A stretch of DNA of 26,810 bases from Elainella saxicola E1 (lineage in GTDB: Bacteria > Cyanobacteriota > Cyanobacteriia > Elainellales > Elainellaceae). How positions within the stretch are numbered: the stretch's first letter is position 1; every line of letters begins with the position of its first letter. The position numbers and the translations under genes are program-made. Location of the stretch: NCBI GenBank assembly GCA_002796835.1, contig LUGL01000011.1:5191-32000 (forward strand), given 5' to 3'. The notes under the pieces were generated by a model. The model had not been told where the DNA came from. It did not search any database and worked only from the letters and a program-made list of their open reading frames with translations. Of the stretch, positions 1 to 8,344 are shown in pieces.

Positions 1-78
1 CTCAACTAACGTGACGATCGCCTCTCGCAAAAGCTGAGGAAATTCATCGAAGCTGGGTTCAGACGGATTGGTGGTCAT
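1..78 (-). CDS. 5' end of an unidentified ORF running off the left edge (26 codons visible: MTTNPSEPSFDEFPQLLREAIVTLVE)
   Basis: ATG at 78-76 on the minus strand, open to position 1. Too short to assign a family and absent from the ORF track because it is <60 aa in this window. Confidence 0.2.
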   Translation of the reverse strand, partial: MTTNPSEPSFDEFPQLLREAIVTLVE

Positions 79-275
79 GGTCTTCTGGTCAAGTCCTGCA
101 CTGAACTTTCACTGCAATTCTAGCCCGTGTCGATCGCCCACTTCGCAAGCACCTGAAGCAGAGAGCTTGGGGCATCAAGAGAGGCTAGCAGGCTTCCTCA
201 GAACTGATTCAGCCTAAATCAGGCCGCTTCGATTATGCTGGGCTAAATCAATATCTATTTTGTCTCAAAAGCTGG

Positions 276-1226
276 TTGATCCCCGTGGAGAAGTTGAGAG
301 CCCCGCGCAATCGCACCCTGACTTTATCAGTGGAGGAACATGCTCACTATCAGCAACAGTTGCTGCGGTTATCTGGGCCTGCTTCGATCGATCAAATTCT
401 GGATCGCACGATCAATCAGGATTTGTTTGAAATTCTCGAGTGGTTGCCAGCAGGCTGTGTCGATTTGTTATTCATCGATCCGCCCTACAACCTGACAAAG
501 TCCTTTGGGCAAGCCCAGTTTCGCGAACGATCGATCGCAGCCTACCAACACTGGCTAGAGTCCTGGTTGCCCAAATTGCTGCAAGTGCTCAAGCCCACCG
601 CCTCGGTGTATTTATGTGGTGATTGGCGATCGGCAGCGGCCATTCATCTCGTAGCAGAACAGCATCTAATTGTACGCAACTGCATCACCTGGGAACGGGA
701 AAAAGGTCGAGGCGCAAAGGCCAACTGGAAAAACTGCTCAGAACAAATCTGGTTCTGCACCCTGTCCGATCGCTACACCTTCAACCTGGATGCCGTCAAG
801 CTCAAGCGTCGCGTGATTGCCCCTTACACAGATGCTACGGGTGCCCCAAAAGATTGGGACCGCACAGACCAGGGAAATTATCGCCTCACCCATCCCTCGA
901 ATTTGTGGACCGATCTAACCGTTCCTTTCTGGTCCATGCCCGAAAACACCGACCACCCCACTCAAAAACCCGAAAAGCTCCTGGCAAAAATTATTCTGGC
1001 CAGCTCCAATCCGGGAGATGTGGTGTTTGATCCGTTTCTTGGGTCAGGCACAACTTCTGTGGTGGCCAAGAAGACCGATCGCCATTATATCGGCGTTGAA
1101 GTGGATCCGGTTTACTGCTGTCTCACCGAAAAGCGTTTGGCATTAGCCGCACAAGATGCCGTCATTCAAGGCTATTCAGAAGGTGTGTTCTGGGAGCGCA
1201 ATTCCTTCTCGTTCAAGAAAACCTAA
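276..1226 (+). CDS. Orphan beta-class DNA methyltransferase (N6-adenine or N4-cytosine)
   Basis: Catalytic motif IV LLFIDPPYN lies in the N-terminal third. The HPTQKPEKLL motif and AdoMet motif I VVFDPFLGSGTT lie near the C-terminus, giving the IV-before-I (beta) permutation. There is no in-frame ATG before the DPPY motif, so the start must be TTG 276 or GTG 285. No endonuclease gene is adjacent. Confidence 0.88.
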   Translation: MIPVEKLRAPRNRTLTLSVEEHAHYQQQLLRLSGPASIDQILDRTINQDLFEILEWLPAGCVDLLFIDPPYNLTKSFGQAQFRERSIAAYQHWLESWLPKLLQVLKPTASVYLCGDWRSAAAIHLVAEQHLIVRNCITWEREKGRGAKANWKNCSEQIWFCTLSDRYTFNLDAVKLKRRVIAPYTDATGAPKDWDRTDQGNYRLTHPSNLWTDLTVPFWSMPENTDHPTQKPEKLLAKIILASSNPGDVVFDPFLGSGTTSVVAKKTDRHYIGVEVDPVYCCLTEKRLALAAQDAVIQGYSEGVFWERNSFSFKKT

Positions 1227-1448
1227 TTCCACACAAGATATCATTCTCGTTCACACTAACACACCAAAATAGTTGATCGATCGGATACATTTCAATTCCC
1301 AGTTACTACAGCTTCAGGCCCAAAGAACCCGTATCTGTACAACTTCCTCAATCCAAAATCCAAAATCGAACGATTCGATCGCCAGTGCTGCCACAAAGGT
1401 GTAGGGTGATAAAGTTGCTCTTTGTATTGCTGACGCGACGGAACTCCC

Positions 1449-2282
1449 ATGCAAGTCGAATGGCAGGTTGCTAAAACCTACGAAGATATCCTATATCACA
1501 AAGCAGATGGCATTGCCAAAATCACGATCAATCGGCCCCATAAGCGCAATGCCTTTCGCCCCAAGACGATTTTTGAACTCTACGAGGCCTTTGTGGACGC
1601 CCGCGAAGATACCTCGATCGGCGTGGTGCTATTCACAGGTGCGGGTCCGCATACCGACGGCAAATATGCATTTTGTTCCGGCGGTGATCAAAGCGTGCGC
1701 GGTGAAGCGGGCTATGTCGGCGAAGATGGCATTCCTCGTCTGAATGTGCTGGACTTGCAGCGGCTAATTCGATCGATGCCGAAAGTCGTGATTGCGCTGG
1801 TGGCTGGCTATGCGATCGGCGGCGGTCATGTGCTGCATATTATTTGTGATTTGAGCATTGCAGCAGACAACGCCATTTTTGGTCAGACGGGTCCCAAGGT
1901 GGGCAGCTTTGATGGCGGATTCGGTGCAAGTTACCTGGCTCGGATTGTCGGTCAGAAAAAGGCTCGCGAAATCTGGTATCTCTGCCGTCAATACAACGCC
2001 CAGCAGGCGTTAGAAATGGGATTGGTCAACTGTGTGGTTCCCGTCGAGCAACTCGAAGCAGAAGGCATTCAGTGGGCGCAAGAGATTTTAGAGAAAAGTC
2101 CGATCGCGATTCGTTGTCTCAAGGCCGCCTTCAATGCAGACTGCGACGGACAGGCTGGGTTGCAAGAACTAGCAGGCAACGCCACCTTGCTGTACTACAT
2201 GACGGAAGAAGGAGCCGAAGGCAAACAGGCTTTCCTGGAAAAACGCCCTCCCGATTTCCGCCAATATCCCTGGTTGCCATAG
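1449..2282 (+). CDS. menB: 1,4-dihydroxy-2-naphthoyl-CoA synthase (naphthoate synthase, phylloquinone/menaquinone pathway)
   Basis: Full-length crotonase-fold protein with MenB-typical blocks: [52 protein letters not shown] and C-terminal [10 protein letters not shown]. Confidence 0.95.
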   Translation: MQVEWQVAKTYEDILYHKADGIAKITINRPHKRNAFRPKTIFELYEAFVDAREDTSIGVVLFTGAGPHTDGKYAFCSGGDQSVRGEAGYVGEDGIPRLNVLDLQRLIRSMPKVVIALVAGYAIGGGHVLHIICDLSIAADNAIFGQTGPKVGSFDGGFGASYLARIVGQKKAREIWYLCRQYNAQQALEMGLVNCVVPVEQLEAEGIQWAQEILEKSPIAIRCLKAAFNADCDGQAGLQELAGNATLLYYMTEEGAEGKQAFLEKRPPDFRQYPWLP

Positions 2283-2329
2283 TCACCATCAAAGAATTCA
2301 TGCTCTGGAAGACTCATCATCTGAAAGAT

Positions 2330-3142
2330 TCATTCTCTAGAAAAGGAACGATCTGCCTCTTCAGCCAAATTAAATTGCTCCAGCAGGGTTTTTGTGTTTT
2401 CTGGGGTCAACACATTATGCAAAGCCGTCACCTCATTGACCAACACCAGCACCCGTGCTGAAGCTTCCTGCAGCTCATTGAGTTGGCGATCGATATCGCG
2501 CTCGATCGGTTTTTGCTTCAAATGCTGCATGGTACGTAACATCTGGATCACCTGCTGGCGTACACCCTGAGAAAGTTGCTGAAATAGGCGATCTTTTGCT
2601 TGCAAAAGCTGCTGGAACTCTGGCACTTGCTCAACTTCAAGCAATGCAGTCTCAGTCGAAAGCCTCTGGGCAGATCGAGCTTGAGTCGATGTTCTTTCAT
2701 CTGCAAAGGTCCAAGCAGACGCACTTTTAGAAGCCAGACCTGCTGTTTCAACCGCCCGAGGTTGGGAATTAGGCTGCTTTTGCAACTGCAATGCAATCGC
2801 TTGACGCAGGCGCTCACTCGTAATCGGTTTACTCAAGTAATCATCTGCCCCCATATTCATGCTTTGCTGCAAGCCCGCTTCGGTGGCAGCCATGGTCAGA
2901 AAAATGAAGGGAATAGATGCCGTTTTGGTATCTTGCTGTAAGGTTGTCAACACATCATAGCCATCGAGTTCTGGCATCAGAATGTCGCAAATAATCAAGT
3001 CTGGTAAATGCTCTTGAGCCATTTGAATGCCAGCACGACCGTTTTCTGCCATAACTGCATTAAAGCCTTCAGACTCTAAAAAATTCACAATACTGGTGCG
3101 AGTCGTACGCTCATCCTCAATCACTAGAATCTTTTTTGCCAT
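2330..3142 (-). CDS. Response regulator: N-terminal REC domain plus C-terminal HisKA/DHp-like helical domain lacking the phospho-acceptor His
   Basis: REC motifs ILVIEDE, DLIICDILMPELDG (acceptor Asp53), FIFLT and DYLSKP. C-terminal residues ~175-260 resemble a DHp domain (FQQLSQGVRQQV...LNELQEASARVLVLVNEVTALHNV) with Gln192 where the H-box His is expected. No HATPase domain. ATG at 3142 is preceded by GGGAATGGGAAA. The gene lies 43 bp downstream of the GGDEF-EAL gene on the same strand. Confidence 0.85.
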   Translation of the reverse strand: MAKKILVIEDERTTRTSIVNFLESEGFNAVMAENGRAGIQMAQEHLPDLIICDILMPELDGYDVLTTLQQDTKTASIPFIFLTMAATEAGLQQSMNMGADDYLSKPITSERLRQAIALQLQKQPNSQPRAVETAGLASKSASAWTFADERTSTQARSAQRLSTETALLEVEQVPEFQQLLQAKDRLFQQLSQGVRQQVIQMLRTMQHLKQKPIERDIDRQLNELQEASARVLVLVNEVTALHNVLTPENTKTLLEQFNLAEEADRSFSRE

Positions 3143-3184
3143 TTTCCCATTCCCGATCGTCTCTCTCAGTAAAGTCTATTCATG

Positions 3185-5461
3185 TTATGGCTGAAGTGAA
3201 ATGGGTTCGGCAATCCCATATCCTTGAGCATAATCAACCCCAAGTTCACGCAGTTTTTCTAAAATCACATCATTTTCCACAAACTCTGCAATGGTGCGAA
3301 TGCCAATCACATGACCAACTCGATTGATGCACTCTACCATGGCGCTATCAATTGGATCGCTGACAATGTCTTTAACAAAATTACCGTCTATTTTCAAATA
3401 ATCAACGGGCAAGTGCTTTAAGTAGCCAAAAGAACTCATGCCGCTACCAAAATCATCCAATGCAAAATAACAGCCGATCGACTTGAGTTCATTGATTAAT
3501 TGCACAGCCCTGGTCAAATTGGTAATGGCTGCTGTTTCCGTAATTTCAAAACAGATGGTTTGGGGTGAAATTTGGTGTAGGGCCAACTGCTCCTTCAGGA
3601 AGGGTAAAAACTGCTCATCATTAATGCTTGCCCCTGACAAATTGATCGTATAAAGCCGCTCCAGGGGATTGGCTGATCGCGCTTGATCATGACCGTGATC
3701 GGCAAAGAAAGTGCGAATGACCCAGCGATCGAGCGCAGGCATCAGTCCATACCGCTCCGCTGCCGGGATAAAGGCCATGGGCGGTACCAGTTCTCCCGAT
3801 TCAGAAATCATACGCAGCAAGATTTCTGAATGGCTAGTTTGTTCTACATCTACAGCTTTTGCTTTTGCTTTTGCGATTGGCACAATGGCCTGGTGATACA
3901 GACAAAATCGATTTTCTTCAATTGCCTTCAAAATCCGGGTCACCCACTGTCGTTCACTGCGCTGCTGAGCTAAATCATCATCGTCTGCTTGATAGACATG
4001 GACCCGATCGCGCCCATTATCCTTCGCGGCATAGCAGGCAGCATCGGCGGCGCTCATGACATCGTTTAGGTCTCCACTTCCGGCATCGATCGTCACAAGA
4101 CCAATGCTGGCCCGAATCGCAAAAGTTTTATCCTGCCAGACAAACGAAAAATCACGAATAATTTCTTGAATATTATTACCAATATATTTTGCGCCCGCTA
4201 AAGGGCATTGCCGCAATAAAATGCCAAATTCATCTCCCCCCAGCCGCGCCAAAACATCGGTTGGTCTCACCAGCATCTGGAGGCGGCTTGCCAACTGCCG
4301 CAACAACTCATCGCCAGCCAGGTGACCGCAGGTATCATTCACCACCTTAAATTGATCGAGATCGACATAGCAAAGAATATGCTGTTGATTGGTTTCTCTG
4401 GCATCAGCGATCGCTGCACTTAGCTGCTGCTCAAAATTGCGGCGATTGACTAAGCCAGTTAACGAATCATGGCTGGCTTGCCAGGTTAGCTGACGGGCCA
4501 GAAAGTGGTGCTGCGTCACATCTCGGAACACAATCACGGTGCCGATCATCTGGTTATCGCGATCGCAAATGGGCGCAACCGAGTGATCGATCGCATATTC
4601 GGTGCCGTCACGGGCGATCAACAGCATGGAATTCGTCTGGCCAGTGGTGCGTCCCCGCCGTTTAACTTGCTCGATCAGGTTTTCTTCTGGATGACGGGTG
4701 GTTTCATGGATAGTTTTAAATACCTGAAACAACAATAAACCTTTGGCTTGAGCGACTGGCCAGCCCGTTAACTGCTCTGCTGTCGGATTAAGATACTCAA
4801 TGCGGCCATTGGCATCGGTTGTGATGACGGCATCTCCGATCGACTCCAGCGTCACTTGCGCCAATTCCTTTTCCTGAAACAGGGCCTGCTCGATTTGTTT
4901 GCGGGAAGTGATGTCCTGCCAGGAACCAATAATTTCAACCGGATGGCCCGTTTCGCTGCGAATCAGTTTGCGCTGATCTTGAATCCAGCAATATTCTCCG
5001 TCTTGCCGCAAAAAACGATATTCCAAGATGCATTGAGGCTGGTCGGCTAAACCAGCCAATTCCGTCAGCACGGTCGATAAATCATCCGGATGAACACACC
5101 GCTGCCAAAACCAGGAGTTTTCTAGAAATTGGGTTGGCTCATAGCCCAGTCTGCGGATGCTCTCACTGACAAAGGTAATGCCATAGTCGCCGCTAAATTG
5201 ACTGCTGTAGATGACGATCGGACTGGAAGCAATTAACCGTTGGAGTCGCCGCTTGGTTTCAAGCAACACTTGCTCTGCCCGAATTCGTCGGTTGAGTTGC
5301 AGCCTGAGTTCAGCATTGATCTGGACCAACTCTGCCATGCGATCGTCCACCACTTTGGGGGAGGAATCTAGAATGTATAAGTTATTACTAACTGAATCTG
5401 TATTATTGGGTACTGAAGCTGTCATAGAGGTTGCCGATCGAATAATCGGAAAAAGGACCAT
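3185..5461 (-). CDS. PAS-PAS-GGDEF-EAL cyclic-di-GMP turnover protein
   Basis: N-terminal coiled coil, two PAS-like modules (SSPIVIYSS...; ESIGDAVITTDANGRIEYLNPTAEQLTGW), a GGDEF domain with intact RLGGDEFG and I-site RPTD five residues upstream, and an EAL domain with EILLR, INLSG, EITE, LDDFGSG, LKIDG, AEFVE and QGYG. The start is uncertain: TTG 5518, ATG 5461 or ATG 5425. Confidence 0.9.
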   Translation of the reverse strand: MVLFPIIRSATSMTASVPNNTDSVSNNLYILDSSPKVVDDRMAELVQINAELRLQLNRRIRAEQVLLETKRRLQRLIASSPIVIYSSQFSGDYGITFVSESIRRLGYEPTQFLENSWFWQRCVHPDDLSTVLTELAGLADQPQCILEYRFLRQDGEYCWIQDQRKLIRSETGHPVEIIGSWQDITSRKQIEQALFQEKELAQVTLESIGDAVITTDANGRIEYLNPTAEQLTGWPVAQAKGLLLFQVFKTIHETTRHPEENLIEQVKRRGRTTGQTNSMLLIARDGTEYAIDHSVAPICDRDNQMIGTVIVFRDVTQHHFLARQLTWQASHDSLTGLVNRRNFEQQLSAAIADARETNQQHILCYVDLDQFKVVNDTCGHLAGDELLRQLASRLQMLVRPTDVLARLGGDEFGILLRQCPLAGAKYIGNNIQEIIRDFSFVWQDKTFAIRASIGLVTIDAGSGDLNDVMSAADAACYAAKDNGRDRVHVYQADDDDLAQQRSERQWVTRILKAIEENRFCLYHQAIVPIAKAKAKAVDVEQTSHSEILLRMISESGELVPPMAFIPAAERYGLMPALDRWVIRTFFADHGHDQARSANPLERLYTINLSGASINDEQFLPFLKEQLALHQISPQTICFEITETAAITNLTRAVQLINELKSIGCYFALDDFGSGMSSFGYLKHLPVDYLKIDGNFVKDIVSDPIDSAMVECINRVGHVIGIRTIAEFVENDVILEKLRELGVDYAQGYGIAEPISLQP

Positions 5462-6034
5462 GCAGATATCAAAATCAAGTCGGCAAATTGAGAGCAAAAT
5501 ACCCGACAGGTGGAACAATCAATGCATATCCCTAGCGAGATCTTTAAACCCACAAGTTGGGGCCATGGACCGGTGCAACAATCAAAACTACAGCACTTTA
5601 AAGGCCAATTAGAAAGGCCAGTCAGGGGGGCTAAACCTGCGCAATGTTCTTCATGTTATGTAAAAAAAGATACCAGAAAATCAACAGACCAGCGATTGTA
5701 GCAACCGGCGCAACAGGGAACTTACTGAATCTGGTAAAGCTGCAATTCGTGAAATAGAGGGCGATTCGATCTGGGTAGACGTTGTGATGGTTCGTTGGGA
5801 AAAAGCACCGACAGGTTGCTAGTCCCAATTTTTCAAACTTACAGCACCTTGCATCAAGCTAAATCTGAATTCTTCTTAGAGAACTGCTGTGCCCTCCAAA
5901 ACAAGGCATGCCATGCGATAAATCGTTGCGATGTAAAGTTTGAATGCTGGTCAAGCTTAAGCAAAAGACCTGAATGCAGCTAAGCTGGCCACTTCTATCT
6001 CAGGCAAATCACTTGGATCTGCCTAAAGAGACGG

Positions 6035-6376
6035 CTAACGGGCGGATAGGATTGCTTGGCGAAAGCCTAGAACCACCAAAATGTTAGCCAATGTTAAAAA
6101 TAGCTCTGCCCCGCCATGCAAAAAATCGATATTTGCCAACGCTTCGCCATATGCGATTTTGGCGTAAATTCCAGCCGGGATCGTCACTGCAACGAAAACA
6201 AGTGTCATGTAAAACCCAATCAGCGCCAATTTGGGGGCTTGTTGAGAGCGTGTTAAAAACCAGAGAAAACCCAGGTAGGGGAAAAGAGAGAGCGCAAAAA
6301 GGCTGTCTTTGGTCAAAAAAGAGAGTTGCCCCAAAATTGGCTGGGAAAGAAAAATTGTGGTTACAAAATTCAGCAT
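6035..6376 (-). CDS. Small ~3-TM membrane protein (DUF3593-like, by recollection)
   Basis: 113-aa ORF with three hydrophobic spans (LFALSLFPYLGFLWFL, LALIGFYMTLVFVAVTIPAGIY, AELFLTLANILVVLGF). It lies 45 bp downstream of the ycf49-like ORF on the same strand, a pairing I recall from cyanobacteria. Confidence 0.65.
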   Translation of the reverse strand: MLNFVTTIFLSQPILGQLSFLTKDSLFALSLFPYLGFLWFLTRSQQAPKLALIGFYMTLVFVAVTIPAGIYAKIAYGEALANIDFLHGGAELFLTLANILVVLGFRQAILSAR

Positions 6377-6421
6377 AAATAATCTAGTGAGAACTCAGGA
6401 AAACGCATGCGAATGGAAGGC

Positions 6422-6760
6422 TCAAATCTGGTTTGCATCTTGAGCACCAACGCTTTTATTCGGCTTGACTTTGGCCGATCGCCAAATCCACCAGCCTGCA
6501 AGACACAAGGTAATATTGCCAACGACCGTCATGGTTGCCTGCAAGGTTACTAACCATTCTAGATGGGGAGCGTTGTCAAAAAAATGCCAGGTACAGGCGG
6601 ACATGGCACTAATTAAGGAAGGCAGCATGCCGAAAGCCAGGGCTCGCCAAGCAGGATTACGGCTGACTCTGCTATAGGTCCAAATCAGCCAAATTGCCGC
6701 GATCCATTCAATTACGCTGGAAATGTGAATGATCCAGGTTGGAATCGATAGAACATGCAT
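6422..6760 (-). CDS. Small ~3-TM membrane protein, Ycf49-like (DUF2499, by recollection)
   Basis: 112-aa ORF with an N-terminal LSIPTWIIHISSVIEWIAAIWLIW block and two further hydrophobic spans. ATG start at 6760. Confidence 0.65.
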   Translation of the reverse strand: MHVLSIPTWIIHISSVIEWIAAIWLIWTYSRVSRNPAWRALAFGMLPSLISAMSACTWHFFDNAPHLEWLVTLQATMTVVGNITLCLAGWWIWRSAKVKPNKSVGAQDANQI

Positions 6761-6875
6761 GGTAGATCTGCATCGAAGGGTAAAGATTCAGTTTCTAGCA
6801 TTGATTCAGGAATCGCAAGTCCTGTCTGAGCGTCTCGCTCTGGTTTCGTAACACATCCTATGATGTCTGATGGAG

Positions 6876-6925
6876 ATTGCGACTGAAAGTGTTGCGATTG
6901 AAAGTATTGCGACCAATATTGCGAC
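6876..6925. repeat. Four closely spaced copies of RTTGCGAY, two of them within a 15-bp unit ATTGCGAYTGAAAGT
   Basis: ATTGCGAC 6876-6883, GTTGCGAT 6891-6898, ATTGCGAC 6906-6913 and ATTGCGAC 6918-6925. TGAAAGT follows the first two copies. The cluster lies between the divergent ycf49-like gene (start 6760) and csaB (ATG 6939). Confidence 0.6.
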
Positions 6926-6938
6926 TGGGGGGCAAGGA

Positions 6939-7994
6939 ATGCGAGCAGTTCTGTGTGGCTATTACGGTAAAGGAAATGGCGGAGATGAGGCACTGCTGGC
7001 CACCTTACTCCAAATGCTGCCTGCTCATATTACCCCTCTGGTTCTTTCTGGAAATCCGGCTGAAACAGCAAGCTGCTATGGAGTTGAAGCCTGCGATCGC
7101 ATGTCGCTAATTGCCGTTTTGCGAGCGTTATGGCGATCGGATGTGCTGATTTGGGGTGGCGGCAGCTTGATGCAGGATGTCACGAGTCCAATCAACCCGC
7201 TCTACTATGGGGGCTTAATGTTTTTAGCTCAACGCATGGGGCTGAAGACGATTGCTTGGGCCCAGGGAGTTGGTCCTTTGCGGCGGTCATGGGCACAACG
7301 GTTTACACGGTATCTTTTTGCCCACTGTACAGGCGTGAGTGTGCGAGATGTGGGTTCTGCCCAGTTAATGACGCAATGGGGCATTCCGTTTACCCTGGCC
7401 CCCGATCCGGTTTGGGCCTTACAGTCGCAACCTGTACCAGACTTATGGGATTTGCCTGCTCCTAGAGTGGCGGTGGCGCTGCGATCGCATCCTCAACTGA
7501 CCCCCGATCGACTCCAAAGTTTGACCCATGCCCTGGTCAGTTTCCAAAAAGCGACTCAGGCTTGTATATTGCTGATCCCGTTTCAGCCGGCTCAAGATTT
7601 GGCGATCGCAGAAACAATTCATGCCGCCCTGCTTGGTCCCAAACAAATTTTGATATTGACCGATCCACAGCAGTTGAAGGGAGTGTTTCACGGGGTCGAA
7701 ATGACGATCGCAATGCGACTTCACGCCCTCATCATGGCAGCAGCAGCAGCATGTCGGTGTTTTGCCATCAGCTATGACCCCAAAGTTTCTCAGCTCATGC
7801 AGGATATCGATTTGCCAGGATTGACTCTAGAGCAAATTCCGCTAGATTCTGCCCAACTTTGCCAAATTTGGTTGGAACAGTACGCCAACGGAGATTCCCT
7901 TTCCCGCATCCAGGTCCAGGCTTTGATCGATCGAGCCCAAACGCACCAGGAATTTCTCGAGCGCATATTACCTATGGAATCTCGCGTTAAATGA
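6939..7994 (+). CDS. csaB: Polysaccharide pyruvyl transferase CsaB
   Basis: Family-typical N-terminus MRAVLCGYYGKGNGGDEALL, then IWGGGSLMQDVTS, WAQGVGPL and GVSVRD. ATG 6939 is preceded by GGGGGGCAAGGA. The longer frame from 6870 would translate the repeat cluster and is unlikely. Confidence 0.85.
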   Translation: MRAVLCGYYGKGNGGDEALLATLLQMLPAHITPLVLSGNPAETASCYGVEACDRMSLIAVLRALWRSDVLIWGGGSLMQDVTSPINPLYYGGLMFLAQRMGLKTIAWAQGVGPLRRSWAQRFTRYLFAHCTGVSVRDVGSAQLMTQWGIPFTLAPDPVWALQSQPVPDLWDLPAPRVAVALRSHPQLTPDRLQSLTHALVSFQKATQACILLIPFQPAQDLAIAETIHAALLGPKQILILTDPQQLKGVFHGVEMTIAMRLHALIMAAAAACRCFAISYDPKVSQLMQDIDLPGLTLEQIPLDSAQLCQIWLEQYANGDSLSRIQVQALIDRAQTHQEFLERILPMESRVK

Positions 7995-8344
7995 TCAGCA
8001 CTTAGCTCGATCGGAGTTAATCTTATTTTTCTTTTTTCAGAGTCTTATATAAATATTTTAAAGCTCTAAATGAGTTCCACCTGTTGTGAACTTAATTTTC
8101 TGTGTTACTAAATTAGGTGTTCAAAACCGGGTTGGCACTGTTTCAAGAGCATGTTGGCTGATTGAGATGCCTCAAAGCAGGATAAAAACAAAGGAAATGT
8201 TGTTGATCAATGATGCATTGCAGTCATTTCCTGGCTCTGATGGTATTATCTCAGGAGTCGTATCGTCCCGCCTGCGATGGCAGACCTGCAACCTGTCTGA
8301 GCGAACGAATTCGTCTATCAAGTACGCCTTTGAGTTTTAGAGCT

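Noticed and set aside
276-1226. Methyltransferase as part of a restriction-modification defence system
   Set aside because: No endonuclease-like ORF lies on either side within the window. The downstream gene is menB. The upstream fragment is divergent and too short to call. Orphan methyltransferases are a well-known cyanobacterial feature.
6712-6993. Minus-strand ORF with an FQSQ repeat, and the long form of csaB starting at 6870
   Set aside because: Both translate the RTTGCGAY repeat cluster. The minus ORF also overlaps the start of the ycf49-like gene. The CsaB family N-terminus begins at ATG 6939.
8230-8330. Possible tRNA or riboswitch-like structure upstream of the coiled-coil gene (short CTGC-GATG-GCAG hairpin, ACGAATTCGT palindrome)
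   Set aside because: There is no cloverleaf, no GTTCRANYC T-loop and no match to any riboswitch core I know. I found no tRNA or rRNA anywhere in the window.
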